DNA of 62,707 nt from the IMG/VR virus record IMGVR_UViG_3300033134_000003, positions 1 through 62,707 of that record; one strand, given 5' to 3'. Under the pieces are notes generated by a model. It did not search any database. It was given only the letters and a program-made list of their open reading frames with translations, and had not been told where the DNA came from. Positions within the stretch are counted from its first letter, which is position 1, and every line of letters starts with the position of its first letter. The translations under genes were made by a program, and so were the position numbers. Shown here piece by piece: positions 51,380-60,317 of this stretch. The DNA is from a virus. Its lineage: Duplodnaviria; Caudoviricetes.

Positions 51380-52091
51380 CGATTGCACCGCTTCCGCGTT
51401 TTGACTTGTGCTCCTCGACCTTGCGCCGCGCGCCGGCCTCGAAGGCCTTCGCATCGTCCGCCTTGTCTTCGCCGCTTGCGCCTGCGGCCGGGTGAGAGGA
51501 GCCATTCGCCGGCGCCGCTCCTGCGCCCTCGGCGGCCGGCTCGAGTGGGAGCGCCTGCTGCTTTTCCTTGCGCTCGATCGCCTTCAGATCCCCGAGGGTG
51601 AGCGTCACGTGGCGGAACTGGTGCTTCTGCAGCGCGAGGTTCTCCTGGCCGAGGCCTGGGGCGACCTGCAGGTGGAACGACACGAGCACGACCCCGCCGA
51701 GCTTTGCTGAAAGGCGGATGTTCGTGACGCGCGCTGCCGGCTGCGGCTCGCTGTCCTCGTCATCCTCATCCGCCTCTGTCGCCTTAAACACGAGCGGCTT
51801 GTTGCCCGACACGACGATCTCGGCTCCGTCCGTTTCAAACTCCTCGTCGATCAGCATCTCGCCCTTGGGGAGCTTCGTCCACCAGTCCATCGGTACCCAG
51901 ATCCCATCCTTGCGCTTGTTGAACCAGCTCGCGAAGGTGTACGCGCCCATATACGCGTCGAGCTGTTTCTCGGCGAGCGAGAGGCCTTCCATCGGCAGCG
52001 TGAAGCGCGTATTCGCGGCGTTCTGCTGCAGGATGTTGAGAGAGATCTTGCGCAGGAACACTTGCGCGTTCTCGACTTTCAAAGCAGGCAT
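51336..52091 (-). CDS. Hypothetical protein
   Basis: CACGGAG RBS; 251-aa ORF. Confidence 0.7.
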   Translation of the reverse strand: MPALKVENAQVFLRKISLNILQQNAANTRFTLPMEGLSLAEKQLDAYMGAYTFASWFNKRKDGIWVPMDWWTKLPKGEMLIDEEFETDGAEIVVSGNKPLVFKATEADEDDEDSEPQPAARVTNIRLSAKLGGVVLVSFHLQVAPGLGQENLALQKHQFRHVTLTLGDLKAIERKEKQQALPLEPAAEGAGAAPANGSSHPAAGASGEDKADDAKAFEAGARRKVEEHKSKRGSGAIDGRTRGGRSGARHR

Positions 52092-52327
52092 GTTTGATTC
52101 TCCGTGATCGGGCGTTTGAGAGGATCGGCCCCGGCCGCTGGGACTCCCGAGTCGCTGCCCGCGCGAGGGGATGCGCTTGCAGAACCCATCTCAGCAACCG
52201 GGGCCGAATCTGGAAACGAAACCAGGCAAGCCTCAAAGCCTGGGACTGTGAGCTCGCAGCGCACCGGCCTTCCAAAGACGCGCAGGAACTCGCCCACGAA
52301 TTCGACGAGGCCAGCATCGAGGCTCAC
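52079..52327 (-). CDS. Hypothetical protein
   Basis: GTGA overlap with the replication gene. Confidence 0.4.
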   Translation of the reverse strand: MSLDAGLVEFVGEFLRVFGRPVRCELTVPGFEACLVSFPDSAPVAEMGSASASPRAGSDSGVPAAGADPLKRPITENQTCLL

Positions 52328-53046
52328 GAGTAGATCCCCTTTTCGCGCTCGGCGAGGCGCAACTGCGTTTCGTAGACCCCGGCCGACTCATCAGGGAGCG
52401 GTGGCCTGAAGCCGATCTTGGCGGCCCTGGTCGCAAGGCCGCCCCAGGCCCGCTGCTCCCGACTGGCCTTTGCCACCGCCCGCGGGTTCGTGCCCGCAGC
52501 GCGGGTTCCATTCCCGCTTCCGTTCCTGCTCGAAGAGGATCCCCCACTGTGTGGGGGTAAGGGGGTCTTAAGAGGGTCTTGTCTGGTCTGGTCTGGTAAC
52601 GCATCTGCGTTACGTGATTGTGGATCGTGTAACGCTGCTGCGTTAGCATGAACGGCGCGATGCTTGCTGACGCGCTTTGCCGTCAGTGCTTTCCGCTTCG
52701 CGATGGAGCCGTTATGTTCTTGAAAACCAGGGAGTTTTACGCGGTCCGAGTCGAAAATCTCGAACCAGTCGCGCGGGAGGATCTTCGAGAAACCCTCGAT
52801 GCCGGTGAGCTTGTCTACCTCTTCGGGGGAGAGGTCGATGCTGTCGTCATCGCGGGCGAAGGTGTCGGCATGAAACCAGAGCCTTGCGAGGCCTCCCAAC
52901 ACCAGCGTTACAGCTGCGCGCTCCTTGTAACGCATGTGCGTTACTTGGTCGGTGGCGAGGATGCGCTCAGCCATCCGTGACACGCGGATGTCAGCCTCGA
53001 GACTCTTCTCGAATTTGATCCATCCCCACCCATCGGCGCTCCCCAC
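52324..53046 (-). CDS. Phage replication initiator (DnaT/O-like)
   Basis: WIKF...LARLW...FQEHNG...KRVSKHR; downstream of the Cro-like gene. Confidence 0.7.
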   Translation of the reverse strand: MGSADGWGWIKFEKSLEADIRVSRMAERILATDQVTHMRYKERAAVTLVLGGLARLWFHADTFARDDDSIDLSPEEVDKLTGIEGFSKILPRDWFEIFDSDRVKLPGFQEHNGSIAKRKALTAKRVSKHRAVHANAAALHDPQSRNADALPDQTRQDPLKTPLPPHSGGSSSSRNGSGNGTRAAGTNPRAVAKASREQRAWGGLATRAAKIGFRPPLPDESAGVYETQLRLAEREKGIYS

Positions 53047-53112
53047 TCCCCCGACTCCTTTCTCCGCCGCACGCCCTTCGACTGAGGCGCTGTCAGCGCG
53101 GCGAAAAAAAAT

Positions 53113-53328
53113 CTACGCGGTCTGCCCCTGCGGTGCGCTGCCGTTCATGCGACGGTAGACGAGACGACGCTCGATCCCCAGGCCCAGGAGCACGCGAGGC
53201 CCGGGGGCCCTGCGGCCCTTTAGGATATCGTTGATGTGCTGCACGCTGACGCCAAACTCGCGCGCGACGCGGTGCTGGCTCGATTGCTTGCAGCGCCTTG
53301 CGAGCGCCTTGACCGGATCGATCATCAT
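53113..53328 (-). CDS. Cro/XRE-type HTH regulator (module 1)
   Basis: SQHRVAREFGVSVQHINDILKGRRAPG. Confidence 0.8.
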   Translation of the reverse strand: MMIDPVKALARRCKQSSQHRVAREFGVSVQHINDILKGRRAPGPRVLLGLGIERRLVYRRMNGSAPQGQTA

Positions 53329-53337
53329 GGGGCGGCT

Positions 53338-53402
53338 ATCCTACGCCTCGCTTTCCTCGGATGGCAAACGAGTTGACACCGTCTGTCACGATGGCGTATA
53401 GA
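53338..53402. promoter_or_regulatory. Divergent promoter pair (module 1)
   Basis: + strand TTGACA-18-TATAGA; - strand TTGCCA-18-TAGGAT ending 9 nt before the HTH ATG. Confidence 0.6.
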
Positions 53403-53436
53403 TGCGCCTCGCCCACGGATGGGGGTCTTCCGGAAA

Positions 53437-53712
53437 ATGACGGACGCACGACCGCCCAAGACCATGACCGACACGTTGAACCACATCGAGTTGCTGCGCA
53501 CGGCACAGTCTCGAGCCCTTGCTCATGCAGAGGCCCAGACGCAACGGCTCGCAAGTGCCACCGAGCGCGCCGCGATGCTCGAGGGCCTGCTTTCAAACAT
53601 CCATGAATTGTGCGATCGGGTGTACAAAGACGAACGCGCCGCAGATGCCCTTCGCCTCATGAACACCGTCGGAGACATCCAGCTCATCGCCGCGAAAGGC
53701 AAGGCGCCGTGA
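53437..53712 (+). CDS. Early protein A1 (paralog of 58463-58759)
   Basis: LLSNIHELCDRVY...LMNTVGDIQLIAAKG. Confidence 0.75.
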   Translation: MTDARPPKTMTDTLNHIELLRTAQSRALAHAEAQTQRLASATERAAMLEGLLSNIHELCDRVYKDERAADALRLMNTVGDIQLIAAKGKAP

Positions 53713-53897
53713 TGGGCATCTTCTCGCGCATCGGAGCATGGCACACGCGGCGCCAAATAGAAGCGCATCGAAACTGGCTCCGCACGAGCCGCGTGACATT
53801 CGTTCCGCACGACTATAGCGCGGCGCGCGAGCGGGCGCTCGAGCAGCTCGGCGAGCGCTATCTCTGCAAGAATCCGATCAACAGGAGACGCAAATGA
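53712..53897 (+). CDS. Early protein B1 (paralog of 59246-59410)
   Basis: MGIFSRIGAWHTRRQIEAHRNWLR; TGATG coupling. Confidence 0.7.
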   Translation: MGIFSRIGAWHTRRQIEAHRNWLRTSRVTFVPHDYSAARERALEQLGERYLCKNPINRRRK

Positions 53898-54358
53898 CCC
53901 GCTTTTCGGGGAAGCAGCGTCAGATGGCCTATGCGGCGGTCAGGCGCTGCCGAACGTACCCGGCCGCCAGTGGCCTCACGGAGAACGAGGAGGCGATCCT
54001 GGTGCTCGCCGATGAGATCGAGCGAGTGCGTGCGGGAGATGTGACGGTCGAGCCGATCGCGACGGACCGCATCCTCGCCGAGATCGCGGGCAAGCGCGCG
54101 CGCCAGGTCGCCGTTCACGGCTACGAGCCCGCGCACGACGACGAGCACGCGGCCGGGGAGCTCGCGCGCGCAGCGATTGCCTACATCCAGGGCGCCTACG
54201 CGACCGAACTCGGGCTGACCGACGACGAGCTTCTCGTTTTCTGGCCCTTCGATGATGCGCTGCCGAACCTCGAGCAGCCACGGCGCGAACTGCTCCTCAA
54301 TTCCGCGGCGCTGATCGTCGCCGAGATTGAGCGCCTGGACAGGCGGGAGGGCAAGTGA
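53894..54358 (+). CDS. Conserved phage hypothetical protein
   Basis: RQ...GY...HDDEH..GELARAA...WP...ALIVAEIERLDR. Confidence 0.75.
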   Translation: MTRFSGKQRQMAYAAVRRCRTYPAASGLTENEEAILVLADEIERVRAGDVTVEPIATDRILAEIAGKRARQVAVHGYEPAHDDEHAAGELARAAIAYIQGAYATELGLTDDELLVFWPFDDALPNLEQPRRELLLNSAALIVAEIERLDRREGK

Positions 54359-54543
54359 AGGTCTCATTCTACGTGGACGTTCCGCCCTACATCGGCCCGG
54401 GCTACTCTCTTTTCGCAATCAGCTCGCCCGCGACGGGTACCTTGCCAGAAGGCTACAAGCGCGTGCGCATTGAAGCCGACCTTCCGTGCAAGCTGTTCGA
54501 CGAGGAGGTCGAGGCGCAGACGCAGGAGATCCCCGCACCATGA
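54355..54543 (+). CDS. Hypothetical protein
   Basis: Coupled ORF with GGAGG RBS. Confidence 0.6.
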   Translation: MKVSFYVDVPPYIGPGYSLFAISSPATGTLPEGYKRVRIEADLPCKLFDEEVEAQTQEIPAP

Positions 54544-55016
54544 ATTTTGAATGCCCGCTTTGCTCGTGGGGCTACAGCGACTCGCGCCCTGAGATTGCGG
54601 CGGGGGCTCTCGCCGGCGTCTTTGGCGAGGGCGTGATGGCCTCGATCGATGCGCACCGACGCAAGAAGAACGCCGGGCGCGCGCTGCGAGATCACTTCCG
54701 CGGGCATCGGCTCGAGGAATGGGTCAAGACCATCACGGAGTTGAGAGGAGTTCTGCGCGCCGTGCTTGTCTTCCACGAGGTGGCGCCGTCCGAGGAGCGA
54801 ACGCTCGAATGGGCCAAGCTCACGGGCCGGGATATCCCGACCGCGCGGGCACTGTGTGATACGGTGCGGGAGGTTCTCCTTCGGCGCATCTGCACGTGCA
54901 AGCCGATCGAAACGAACCTGCCCTCGATGCAGGGCATGTACATGATCGCCGAGGAATGCCCCGTGCACGGAGAGGGCGCCCGGACGAAGTACGGCGCCTC
55001 GGGTGGGCCGGGATGA
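54540..55016 (+). CDS. Hypothetical Zn-binding protein
   Basis: ATGA overlap; CPLC, CTC...CPVHG. Confidence 0.6.
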   Translation: MNFECPLCSWGYSDSRPEIAAGALAGVFGEGVMASIDAHRRKKNAGRALRDHFRGHRLEEWVKTITELRGVLRAVLVFHEVAPSEERTLEWAKLTGRDIPTARALCDTVREVLLRRICTCKPIETNLPSMQGMYMIAEECPVHGEGARTKYGASGGPG

Positions 55017-55231
55017 CTGCCACGACCTTCGCGCTCGGGGTCCTCGTGGGCATGTGCATCGCGGGAGCGCTGCTCAAGGGGCTGCTTCTCGCGGCGAACC
55101 TCGCGATGGAAGCCTGCGGGCGCGAGATGGACCGCTGCAAGGCGCAGCTCATCGAGGCGACCCGGATGCTGCGAGCCTTCCAGAATGCGCAGCTGAAAGA
55201 GCCGCGGCCGAGGCGCTTTCAGCGAAATTAG
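55013..55231 (+). CDS. Small membrane protein
   Basis: Hydrophobic N-terminus; ATGA overlap. Confidence 0.5.
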   Translation: MTATTFALGVLVGMCIAGALLKGLLLAANLAMEACGREMDRCKAQLIEATRMLRAFQNAQLKEPRPRRFQRN

Positions 55232-55346
55232 GCGGCCCTGCCGCGGCGCTCCAGCAAGCCGATTCATTTCGCTGACGCTCGATTGTTGATAATTCTTGAG
55301 AGCTGTAGAGAATCCCTAATGGCCACGAATTCAAGGAGGGCCGTCA

Positions 55347-55601
55347 ATGTTGTCGAAGCCTAGAGCCGCAAGGCGCGACCGGCAGAAGCGCTTGCCGCCG
55401 GTCGACCACCAGCAGCGCTACGAAATCCCCGAGGCGAGCACATACCTGCGTCAGTCCGACGCGAAGACGTACCTCGACATCAAGCAGGGCAAGCTTCGGG
55501 TGATCCGCGACGAGGGAAGAACTTACGTTCCCGGGAGCGAGATCATCCGGCGCTCGACGCTGTCCCCTGCGCCACCGCGCCCACCCGAGGACACCCAGTG
55601 A
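55347..55601 (+). CDS. Excisionase-like winged-HTH protein
   Basis: RYEIPEASTYLRQSDAKTYLDIKQGKL...GRTYV; AAGGAGG RBS after an AT-rich spacer. Confidence 0.7.
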   Translation: MLSKPRAARRDRQKRLPPVDHQQRYEIPEASTYLRQSDAKTYLDIKQGKLRVIRDEGRTYVPGSEIIRRSTLSPAPPRPPEDTQ

Positions 55602-55918
55602 CGCTCCTAACCGAAGAGCAGGCGAGGCAGCGCTGGTGCCCATTCGCACGAGTGCTGCTGCCGGCCAAGAAGATCGGCAGCAAACGCGATGTCGAGTACT
55701 TCGAGCAGCAGGAGCGCGACTGCCGATGCATCGCGAGCGATTGCATGGCCTGGCGCTGGGGCGGCTATCGGCGGGCGCGGACCTGTTGTCACCCCCGGGA
55801 ACGGCCACGCGCGGGCCCCCGAGTGATCAGATCAAAGAATTTGATGGAGTCGTTAACTGGATGCGGCCCGTTCACGACGGTGGCAGGTGACATCAAAAGC
55901 TGCGAGGTATTTCAATAG
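55598..55918 (+). CDS. Hypothetical Cys-motif protein
   Basis: WCPFAR...CIASDCMAWRW. Confidence 0.6.
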   Translation: MTLLTEEQARQRWCPFARVLLPAKKIGSKRDVEYFEQQERDCRCIASDCMAWRWGGYRRARTCCHPRERPRAGPRVIRSKNLMESLTGCGPFTTVAGDIKSCEVFQ

Positions 55919-55995
55919 ATGGACGCCCTGGACATGCTCGCCCAAGCGATGCGCGTCGAGCGCGAGGCCGCAGGCTCTGCGGGAGGAGTCCCATC

Positions 55996-56220
55996 GTGAC
56001 ACCGCGTCGCATCCGTTGGCCCGACATGCCGCATCGCTGGTACATCGCGACGGGAGCGATCGCGCACATCACCCGCACGAACATCGCAGGCTGCACGACC
56101 TTGTGCGGGGTCAAGCTGCGCGCCGGGACCCAGTTGACCGCGAACGCGCCGGCCGGGCGCCCCATCTGCCCGGCCTGCGCGGCAGAGCCCGAGACCCACG
56201 CCGTGGGAGTGCGAGCGTGA
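55996..56220 (+). CDS. Hypothetical zinc-finger protein
   Basis: GGAGGAG RBS; H...LCG...CPAC. Confidence 0.6.
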   Translation: MTPRRIRWPDMPHRWYIATGAIAHITRTNIAGCTTLCGVKLRAGTQLTANAPAGRPICPACAAEPETHAVGVRA

Positions 56221-56450
56221 GCGCAAGGGAAGGCCCGATCGGAGAAGCAGCGCCGGACTTCTGCCCATTTTGTGGCTCGACCGACGCAGCGCTCGGGCAG
56301 CAGTTCAGCGCGGCCGGCCCTTCGCACTTCGTTTTCTGCCGCCGGTGCGGGGCCGAGGGGCCGCATCTTGGGGTGGTCCTGCAGTCGGAAGCGACGGCAA
56401 TCGAGCAGTGGAACTTGCGCGCGCTGCCGCCGCAGGCGGGGCGGCATTGA
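56217..56450 (+). CDS. Lar (restriction alleviation) family protein
   Basis: CPFCGS...CRRCGAEGP...AIEQWN. Confidence 0.7.
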   Translation: MSAREGPIGEAAPDFCPFCGSTDAALGQQFSAAGPSHFVFCRRCGAEGPHLGVVLQSEATAIEQWNLRALPPQAGRH

Positions 56451-57955
56451 GCAAGTGGATTCCACTTGGCTTCGAGGTCGGATCCGGCAAGCCGGTCTCG
56501 ATTCCGATCGCTCACACGGTGATAACCGGCCAATCGCAGCAGGCAGGAAAAACCACGACCCTCGAAGCGCTGATCTCCCGCGCGAACGTGCCGGGGATCG
56601 CCTTCGTGACCAAGCGAGGGGAGCACTCCTTTGCGGACGGGAGACGCATTGCGCCCTACTTTCGCGAGCGAGCCGACTGGCAGTTCGTAGCCTCCGTGCT
56701 CGAGGCCACCATGCGTGAGCGCCTGAAATTCGAGCGCGCATGGATCATGCGTGCGAGCAAGGGCGCGCGCACCCTCGCCGACGTGCATCGCAACGTGCGC
56801 CGGCTGATGGAAACGGCGAAGGGCCTCTCGGCGGATGTCTACCTCACGCTCGATGCGTACCTCGAGATTGTCGTGCCGCGCGTTGCGGCCGTGCGCTTTG
56901 CGAGCACGCTCGAGGTGCTTCCTGGCCTCAACGTGCTCGACCTCTCGGACCGCGATCGCTTTCCGCCCGAGCTTCAATCTCTCGTCATGCGCTCGGTGAT
57001 CGAATGGATTTACGAGCACGCCGACGGAACCATCACCATCATCCCGGAGGCCTGGGAATTCCTGCCTCAGGGCCGAGGCTCTCCGGTCAAGCTCGCAGCC
57101 GTCGAGCTCATCCGAAAGGGTGCGGGCCTTGCGAACTTCGTATGGCTCGACAGCCAGGACATCGGGGGGATCGACAAAGAGCTGCTGCGCTCCTGCCCGG
57201 TCTGGCTCCTCGGCGTTCAGCGCGAAGCGAACGAGATCAAGCGCGTGCTCGAGAACATCCCCGCGGGCATCGCAAAGCCGAAGCCTTCCGACGTGGCGAC
57301 GCTCCGCAAGGGGCAATTCTTCGCCTGCTTCGGAGAGAGCGTCATCAAGACCTACGTGCAGCCCGGGTGGATGATTCAAGGCGAGGCAGTCGGCATCGCC
57401 CGCGGGACGCTCGAGATGGAGCGGGCGAGTTCGCGGCCGCCGTCACCACTCCCACGCTGGACCATAACCAACGACGCATTGCGACAGGAAGACACCATGA
57501 GCAAGACCGACGAGAAGCTAGACCAGCTGATCGAACTCCTCACGCGCCAGGCCGGGAACCGAACAAGCCCCGCGGCCGCGCCGCCTGCGACCTTCGCAGT
57601 AGGCGCCGAGGAGGAGGAGCTTTTCCAGCGCTTCAGGGCGCGGCTCCTCAAAGAGCCGGCGGTCCTGCGCGTCCTCGCAAGCGTGCCAGTCATCGAGATC
57701 TCCGAAACGCGCGAGGTGATCGAGATCGACGGCGCAACGGTGCGCGGTCAGATCGCAAAGCTGATCGCGCGCGGGTTCTTCGATGAGCCTAAGAACGGCA
57801 ACACGGTGTTCGTCGAGCTGAAGCGCATCGGGGCCAAGGTCGCAAAGCCAAGCGCCTACAAAGAGTGCGACAAGCTCACCTCGATGGGATTCCTCACGGC
57901 CGAGGCGACCGGATACCTCGCCGTCGAGGGCATGAAGCGGAACATCACGAAGTGA
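56447..57955 (+). CDS. HerA/FtsK-like P-loop ATPase with C-terminal wHTH
   Basis: HTVITGQSQQAGKTT, IIIPEAWEF, WLDSQD. Confidence 0.75.
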   Translation: MSKWIPLGFEVGSGKPVSIPIAHTVITGQSQQAGKTTTLEALISRANVPGIAFVTKRGEHSFADGRRIAPYFRERADWQFVASVLEATMRERLKFERAWIMRASKGARTLADVHRNVRRLMETAKGLSADVYLTLDAYLEIVVPRVAAVRFASTLEVLPGLNVLDLSDRDRFPPELQSLVMRSVIEWIYEHADGTITIIPEAWEFLPQGRGSPVKLAAVELIRKGAGLANFVWLDSQDIGGIDKELLRSCPVWLLGVQREANEIKRVLENIPAGIAKPKPSDVATLRKGQFFACFGESVIKTYVQPGWMIQGEAVGIARGTLEMERASSRPPSPLPRWTITNDALRQEDTMSKTDEKLDQLIELLTRQAGNRTSPAAAPPATFAVGAEEEELFQRFRARLLKEPAVLRVLASVPVIEISETREVIEIDGATVRGQIAKLIARGFFDEPKNGNTVFVELKRIGAKVAKPSAYKECDKLTSMGFLTAEATGYLAVEGMKRNITK

Positions 57956-58096
57956 GCGCCCGGGAGCCTAGAACGTTCACGTTCAACTTTAGCCCGCTGT
58001 TCGTGGACAAGGTGCAAGCCGGCGCGAAGCTCCAATTATCTCCCCAGCCCGGCGGTCTGTCGGCGCCCGGCGTGCGTGCGAATCAGACTTTGCGGT

Positions 58097-58309
58097 TCAT
58101 CTCGCGGCGGCGGATGCATCATAGAAGTCAGCGAGGATCCGCGACGGGCGCATCCCGAGCTCCGCGCTCAGGCGCGGGAGCGAATCTCGAGACGGTGCCT
58201 TTTTGCCGTTCACCCAGTCCGAGACGGTGGGCTGCGACACTCCCACGCGGTCTGCGAGCTCGCGGTGAGTGATCTTCTGACGTTCGATGTATCTCGCGAC
58301 ACAGTTCAT
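58097..58309 (-). CDS. XRE-family HTH regulator (module 2)
   Basis: THRELADRVGVSQPTVSDWVNGKKAPS. Confidence 0.85.
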   Translation of the reverse strand: MNCVARYIERQKITHRELADRVGVSQPTVSDWVNGKKAPSRDSLPRLSAELGMRPSRILADFYDASAAAR

Positions 58310-58317
58310 GGGACGCT

Positions 58318-58435
58318 AGAATAGCCATCGGCTATGCGATGTCAATAGGCGGACGGTGAGTCGTTCCGAGCTCGGGCGGTTCGCCGCAGCGCGATAGCAG
58401 CGGGCTATTGACACACCATAGCCGGTGGCTATACT
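58318..58435. promoter_or_regulatory. Divergent promoters with three palindromic operators ATAGC-N5-GCTAT
   Basis: Operators at 58321-58335, 58394-58408 and 58418-58432; + strand TTGACA-16-TATACT; - strand TTGACA-16-TATTCT. Confidence 0.8.
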
Positions 58436-58462
58436 TGCCCTCCAGCACGTCGGGAGGGTCCA

Positions 58463-58759
58463 ATGTCAGATCTCAACGAAACCGCGACACAAGTCGCACG
58501 CGCCGAGAGTTTGCCTCAGGTGCGCACGCTCACGGATGCGCGCAATCTCGCGGAGATCCAGCGCATGTCGCACACCGCGCAGATCGCCGAGCTGCAGGAG
58601 GCCAATACGCGGCTGCGCCAGGAGCTCACGACCGCGCGTGCCCTGCTTCCGAACATTCACCACGCTTGCGATGGGGTGTATGACGGTGCCTCGGAGAATC
58701 CGCTCATGGGAACCGTAGGCGATGTGATGATGCTCGCCGCGAAGGGGATGCTGCGATGA
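58463..58759 (+). CDS. Early protein A2 (paralog of 53437-53712)
   Basis: LLPNIHHACDGVY...LMGTVGDVMMLAAKG. Confidence 0.75.
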   Translation: MSDLNETATQVARAESLPQVRTLTDARNLAEIQRMSHTAQIAELQEANTRLRQELTTARALLPNIHHACDGVYDGASENPLMGTVGDVMMLAAKGMLR

Positions 58760-58854
58760 GAACCCATCAAGTGGTCCTCACCGGTAAGACTCCGCTGCTC
58801 ATGCACCACGACAACATCGATTGGGCCGACGGCATGGACGAATGGAAGAGATGA
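58756..58854 (+). pseudogene. Truncated phage gene remnant (32 aa)
   Basis: MRTHQVVLTGKTPLLMHHDNIDWAD resembles the N-terminus of a longer phage family. Confidence 0.4.
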
Positions 58855-59249
58855 GCATGAATAAGAAGAAACAAGGGGGGCTGGGAATGGCATTAGAAAA
58901 GCGCATCGCCGCCGCAATTGCCAAACTGATTAGCTTACACGCCGGGTTCGAGGTGCGGCGCGCGCTGCTGCACACGTGCTTTGATAAAAACGGGAGCCTG
59001 GTATTCCGTCGAGAGGATGCGGAACTCATTTACGATTTGCTCGATAAGGCATGCGAGGCTCATATGAATGCCAAGCACGCCGAACTTTCTCATACGCTCC
59101 GCGGTGCCACCATGACGGACGAGCGCCAAGTCGCCGTGAATGCTGAGATAGCTATTGCGACGCTGTTCTGCGCGGTCGAGCAGGCGGGTTCGAGGGTGAT
59201 CCGCCTCGATGCGGCATTAGCTGAGATAAGACACAAGGAGGCGAAATGA
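58851..59249 (+). CDS. Hypothetical protein (lower GC)
   Basis: ATGA overlaps; visibly more AT-rich. Confidence 0.6.
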   Translation: MSMNKKKQGGLGMALEKRIAAAIAKLISLHAGFEVRRALLHTCFDKNGSLVFRREDAELIYDLLDKACEAHMNAKHAELSHTLRGATMTDERQVAVNAEIAIATLFCAVEQAGSRVIRLDAALAEIRHKEAK

Positions 59250-59410
59250 CCTTCCTTTCCAGGCTCCTCGCCTGGCGCGTGCGGCGCCGTCATGAGAAGC
59301 ACCTGCGCTGGCTGCGCAAAAACCACGTGCTCGGCCCCATCGCCCGTGACGAGCGCAACTCGATCGAGCGCTTCAACAGGATTCTCGCCCGAAGGGAGAC
59401 CCCGTGGTGA
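59246..59410 (+). CDS. Early protein B2 (paralog of 53712-53897)
   Basis: MTFLSRLLAWRVRRRHEKHLRWLR; AAGGAGG RBS. Confidence 0.7.
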   Translation: MTFLSRLLAWRVRRRHEKHLRWLRKNHVLGPIARDERNSIERFNRILARRETPW

Positions 59411-60309
59411 AGAGGAAGCGGCCGAGCGGCGAGGGCGCGGTGCGCCTCGCGCACATCCGCGAATGGTCCCCGGAGGAGTACCACGGTGACCCTTGCGCAA
59501 GCGGGCCGAGCCTCTCCTCCAGCATCGCGCACACGCTTGTCACGCGATCCCCGCGACATGCGTGGCTCGAGCATCCGAAGCTCGGCGCACGTGAGCGAAA
59601 GCCCACCCGCGCGATGGACGAGGGCTCGATCTTACATCGCCTCATCCTCGGCAAGGGCGCGCAGTTTGAGATCGTCAACGCTCCGGATTTCCGCCAAGGG
59701 TGGGCGCGCGAGATGCGCGATGAGATCCGAGCGAACGGCAAGGTGCCGCTTCTTACCCACGACTTCGAGCGACTCCGGCACATCGCCGAGCGGGTCCGCA
59801 AGCGCTGCGAGGAGGAGGGGTTTGCTCTTGCTGGGGAGAGCGAGGTGTGCGTCGAATTCCAGGAGAAGGGCGAGCACGGACCGGTGAGCTGCCGTTGCAT
59901 GTTCGATCACATGCGCCGTGATGTGCACGCGATCTTCGACCTGAAGAAGGTCGCAACGGCCAGGCCGATCGACCTGGAGCGGCGCATCGTCGAGAACGGC
60001 CTTGACATCCAGGAAGCAGCCTACCGCAGCGCCTACGAGAAACTTTTCCCCGAGGCAGAGGGGCGCACCGATTTCGCCTTCATTTTCGCCGAGACCGAGA
60101 GCGAGCCGTACGAGGTCGTGACGGCGCGGCTCGACGGAGCCTTCCGGGAGATCGGCCGACAGCGGTGGATGCGTGCGGTGCTCGCCTGGGAGCGGCTGCT
60201 CGCCTGCGGGCAGTGGCCCTGGCCCGGGTACGTCGACGGCGCGGTCGTGCTGAACCCGCCCCAGTGGGTCATCGCGCAGGAACTCGGGAACGATTACGCA
60301 ACGAGATAG
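59404..60309 (+). CDS. RecE/exonuclease VIII-like PD-(D/E)XK nuclease
   Basis: EEYHGDP...SLSSS...GSILH...CRCMFD...FDLK...Q.AAY. Confidence 0.85.
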   Translation: MVKRKRPSGEGAVRLAHIREWSPEEYHGDPCASGPSLSSSIAHTLVTRSPRHAWLEHPKLGARERKPTRAMDEGSILHRLILGKGAQFEIVNAPDFRQGWAREMRDEIRANGKVPLLTHDFERLRHIAERVRKRCEEEGFALAGESEVCVEFQEKGEHGPVSCRCMFDHMRRDVHAIFDLKKVATARPIDLERRIVENGLDIQEAAYRSAYEKLFPEAEGRTDFAFIFAETESEPYEVVTARLDGAFREIGRQRWMRAVLAWERLLACGQWPWPGYVDGAVVLNPPQWVIAQELGNDYATR

Positions 60310-60317
60310 GGGATTCT

